NCBI GenBank assembly: GCA_965206365.1
Contig: CBDBJL010000018.1
Span: 73,374-137,373, forward strand
From: Alphaproteobacteria bacterium
GTDB taxonomy: Bacteria; Pseudomonadota; Alphaproteobacteria; JABAAW01; JAHZMA01
Length of the DNA: 64,000 nt
Reading direction: 5' to 3'
A program made the translations under genes and the position numbers. Each line of letters begins with the position of its first letter. The first letter of the stretch is position 1. This document shows positions 62,357 through 64,000 of the stretch, piece by piece. Below the pieces are notes generated by a model, which saw only the letters and a list, made by a program, of their open reading frames with translations, was not told where the DNA came from and did no database searches.

Positions 62357-62827
62357 TTATTTATTCTTGAACTTTTTATGACAAGAAGAGCAAGTTTTGC
62401 TAACAACACCCAGCTGTGCTTTTAAGGCTTGTAGATCACCTGATTGCGCAAGTTTTTGTAAGATGGCACTTTCACGAATCAGTGCTTGCATCTCAGAGGA
62501 GAAACCATCAGAATCTTCCCAAATTTCTTTTTTAGCTTTGCCAGATTCACTAAGAATACTGGTGTCGATCTTAAAAGAATCTACAGATTGCTTTGCACTA
62601 ATGTTCATAATAAGAGCAAGATTAGGCAAATGATCTTGATGGTTTAATTTTCCGTTTAAAATTCCATTCATAGAACGCAAGCTTTTTTGAATATTATACA
62701 TTAAATCGTTGCGGTATTGCACCACAATTTTCGCTTCTGATTCTGCAAAGCTAGCCAGATTGGGAAATAAGAGAAAAAACAAGGTGGATGTGAGAAAAAA
62801 GATTTTTTTTCTATGCATGATATTCAT
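62357..62827 (-). CDS. Cytochrome c' / c556 (class II cytochrome c)
   Basis: Signal peptide, YR..M, AK.EIWED...F and C-terminal CSSCH...F. Confidence 0.88.
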   Translation of the reverse strand: MNIMHRKKIFFLTSTLFFLLFPNLASFAESEAKIVVQYRNDLMYNIQKSLRSMNGILNGKLNHQDHLPNLALIMNISAKQSVDSFKIDTSILSESGKAKKEIWEDSDGFSSEMQALIRESAILQKLAQSGDLQALKAQLGVVSKTCSSCHKKFKNK

Positions 62828-63466
62828 ATTGCGACCTCAATTATGTAATAATTCTAGATTTTTTTTCAACCTAATTTTAAGGTAAAGAAAAAACTAATTT
62901 ATGGCAAGAGGGAAATGGGAATATTGATCATTTAAATTAAAATTTACCGCCCCTTTACCTAAGGGTGGGTTGCTGATTTAGAGCCGAAAATAATGATTAT
63001 GCAAGCCAAGAGAATATTTTTGGGGAGCGCAATCATTTTTTGGGAGTATTTTAAGGGTGCTTTTGGGAGAATCACAATCGATGCAGGTTGGATTTAGCTT
63101 CGAATTATGGTTTTTGTAGAAAAAATCTCACTGGTCTTTAGATTGAGGGATTTTCGGAAATCATTTTAATGATCCAGCATTTTTCGACTCATAGATATAG
63201 CACCTTTCAACCATTCTATTTTCGGGAGCGGAGAATATGGTTATGGTTGCTATTGAAAATAACAGAAATATTTAAATTAGACCTTAAAATATAAGACCAA
63301 AATTTATTTATTGGAATAAAATTTGTAGAATTATTAAAAAATTAGTGAATTATAGTGAAAGGATAATTATTATTGTCGCTTAAGAGTTTACTTTTGTGAT
63401 AAAGTTTGGTAAATCTCGTAAAAAATATTCATTTAAGTTTATATTTGTCGTGAAAGGTTCAGCTTA

Positions 63467-64000
63467 GTGGCACAAAAATCAAGCAATGTCGAAATTGCAC
63501 AACGCTATACCAACGCGCTTTATTGTGTGGCGCAAGAGCAATTATGTGGAGATGTGGTTGCTACTGAACTTGCAGAAATCTGCGCTCTTGTTTCTGGAAA
63601 TCGAGATTTAAAACAGGCATTTCAAAATCCAGCCATATCAAGGCTTAATAGGGTGAGTCTTTGTCAAGCCTTGCGCAAGAAAATGAAACTTTGTGCAACA
63701 AGCGGAAAATTTTTATGTCTGCTTGCAAGAAAGGGTCGGTTAAATTTATTGGTTTATGTTCAAGAACAATATAATGAATTGTTGGCAATGGGTAGGGGTG
63801 AGACCAAAGTTGAAGTCATTAGTGCGAATATATTGGGTGATGAAGAGGTGGAAAAATTGAAAAAGAAGCTAGAAGAATTGACCGGAAATTTAATTTTTAT
63901 TGATAATAAAATAGATAAATATATTATTGCAGGATTGATTATTAAAATGGGCTCGCGAATGTTTGATTTCTCGGTTCGCGCCAGGCTTAAACGGATTACA
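63467..64000 (+). CDS. atpH: ATP synthase F1 subunit delta (GTG start; runs off the window)
   Basis: Manual translation gives IAQRYTNALY...NPAI...IIAGLIIKMGSRMFDFSVRARL. Confidence 0.88.
   Translation, partial: MAQKSSNVEIAQRYTNALYCVAQEQLCGDVVATELAEICALVSGNRDLKQAFQNPAISRLNRVSLCQALRKKMKLCATSGKFLCLLARKGRLNLLVYVQEQYNELLAMGRGETKVEVISANILGDEEVEKLKKKLEELTGNLIFIDNKIDKYIIAGLIIKMGSRMFDFSVRARLKRIT

Overview
AT-rich alphaproteobacterial chromosome segment, close to the replication/partition region and probably from a host-associated lineage (inference). Most of the window is core genes: dnaK, lpxK-waaA-two DUF374 acyltransferases-infA, rpsU, soxBDAG-fhs, an MCP, nfuA/usp, tolC-[popZ position]-valS, uvrA, bioY, aroE-coaE, parBA-rsmG-mnmG-mnmE-recR with two parS sites, porin-DUF3576-leuS-lptE-holA, gpsA (frameshifted)-tsaD-alaS-trkH, cytochrome c' and atpH. 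There are six unusual parts. (1) An accessory island at about 30.6-35.9 kb: a 643-aa protein with a split M23 Zn-peptidase motif set and no signal peptide, followed by a membrane-anchored ankyrin protein with many 30-aa repeats, a decaying duplicated module and a repeated terminator/RBS/ATG junction. This is a candidate toxin-immunity cassette locus. (2) A 589-aa disordered protein at the conserved popZ position that lacks clear PopZ termini. (3) A GANTC-dense repeat region upstream of a porin that carries very large Ala-rich insertions. (4) A 14-15 bp TAATG stop/start repeat array filling the gap before leuS. (5) Many short tandem duplications at gene boundaries. (6) A Fur-box-like site over the promoter of a PGCG-motif metal transporter. 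No tRNA, rRNA or CRISPR array was recognised. All assignments come from reading motifs and gene order by eye; no searches were run.
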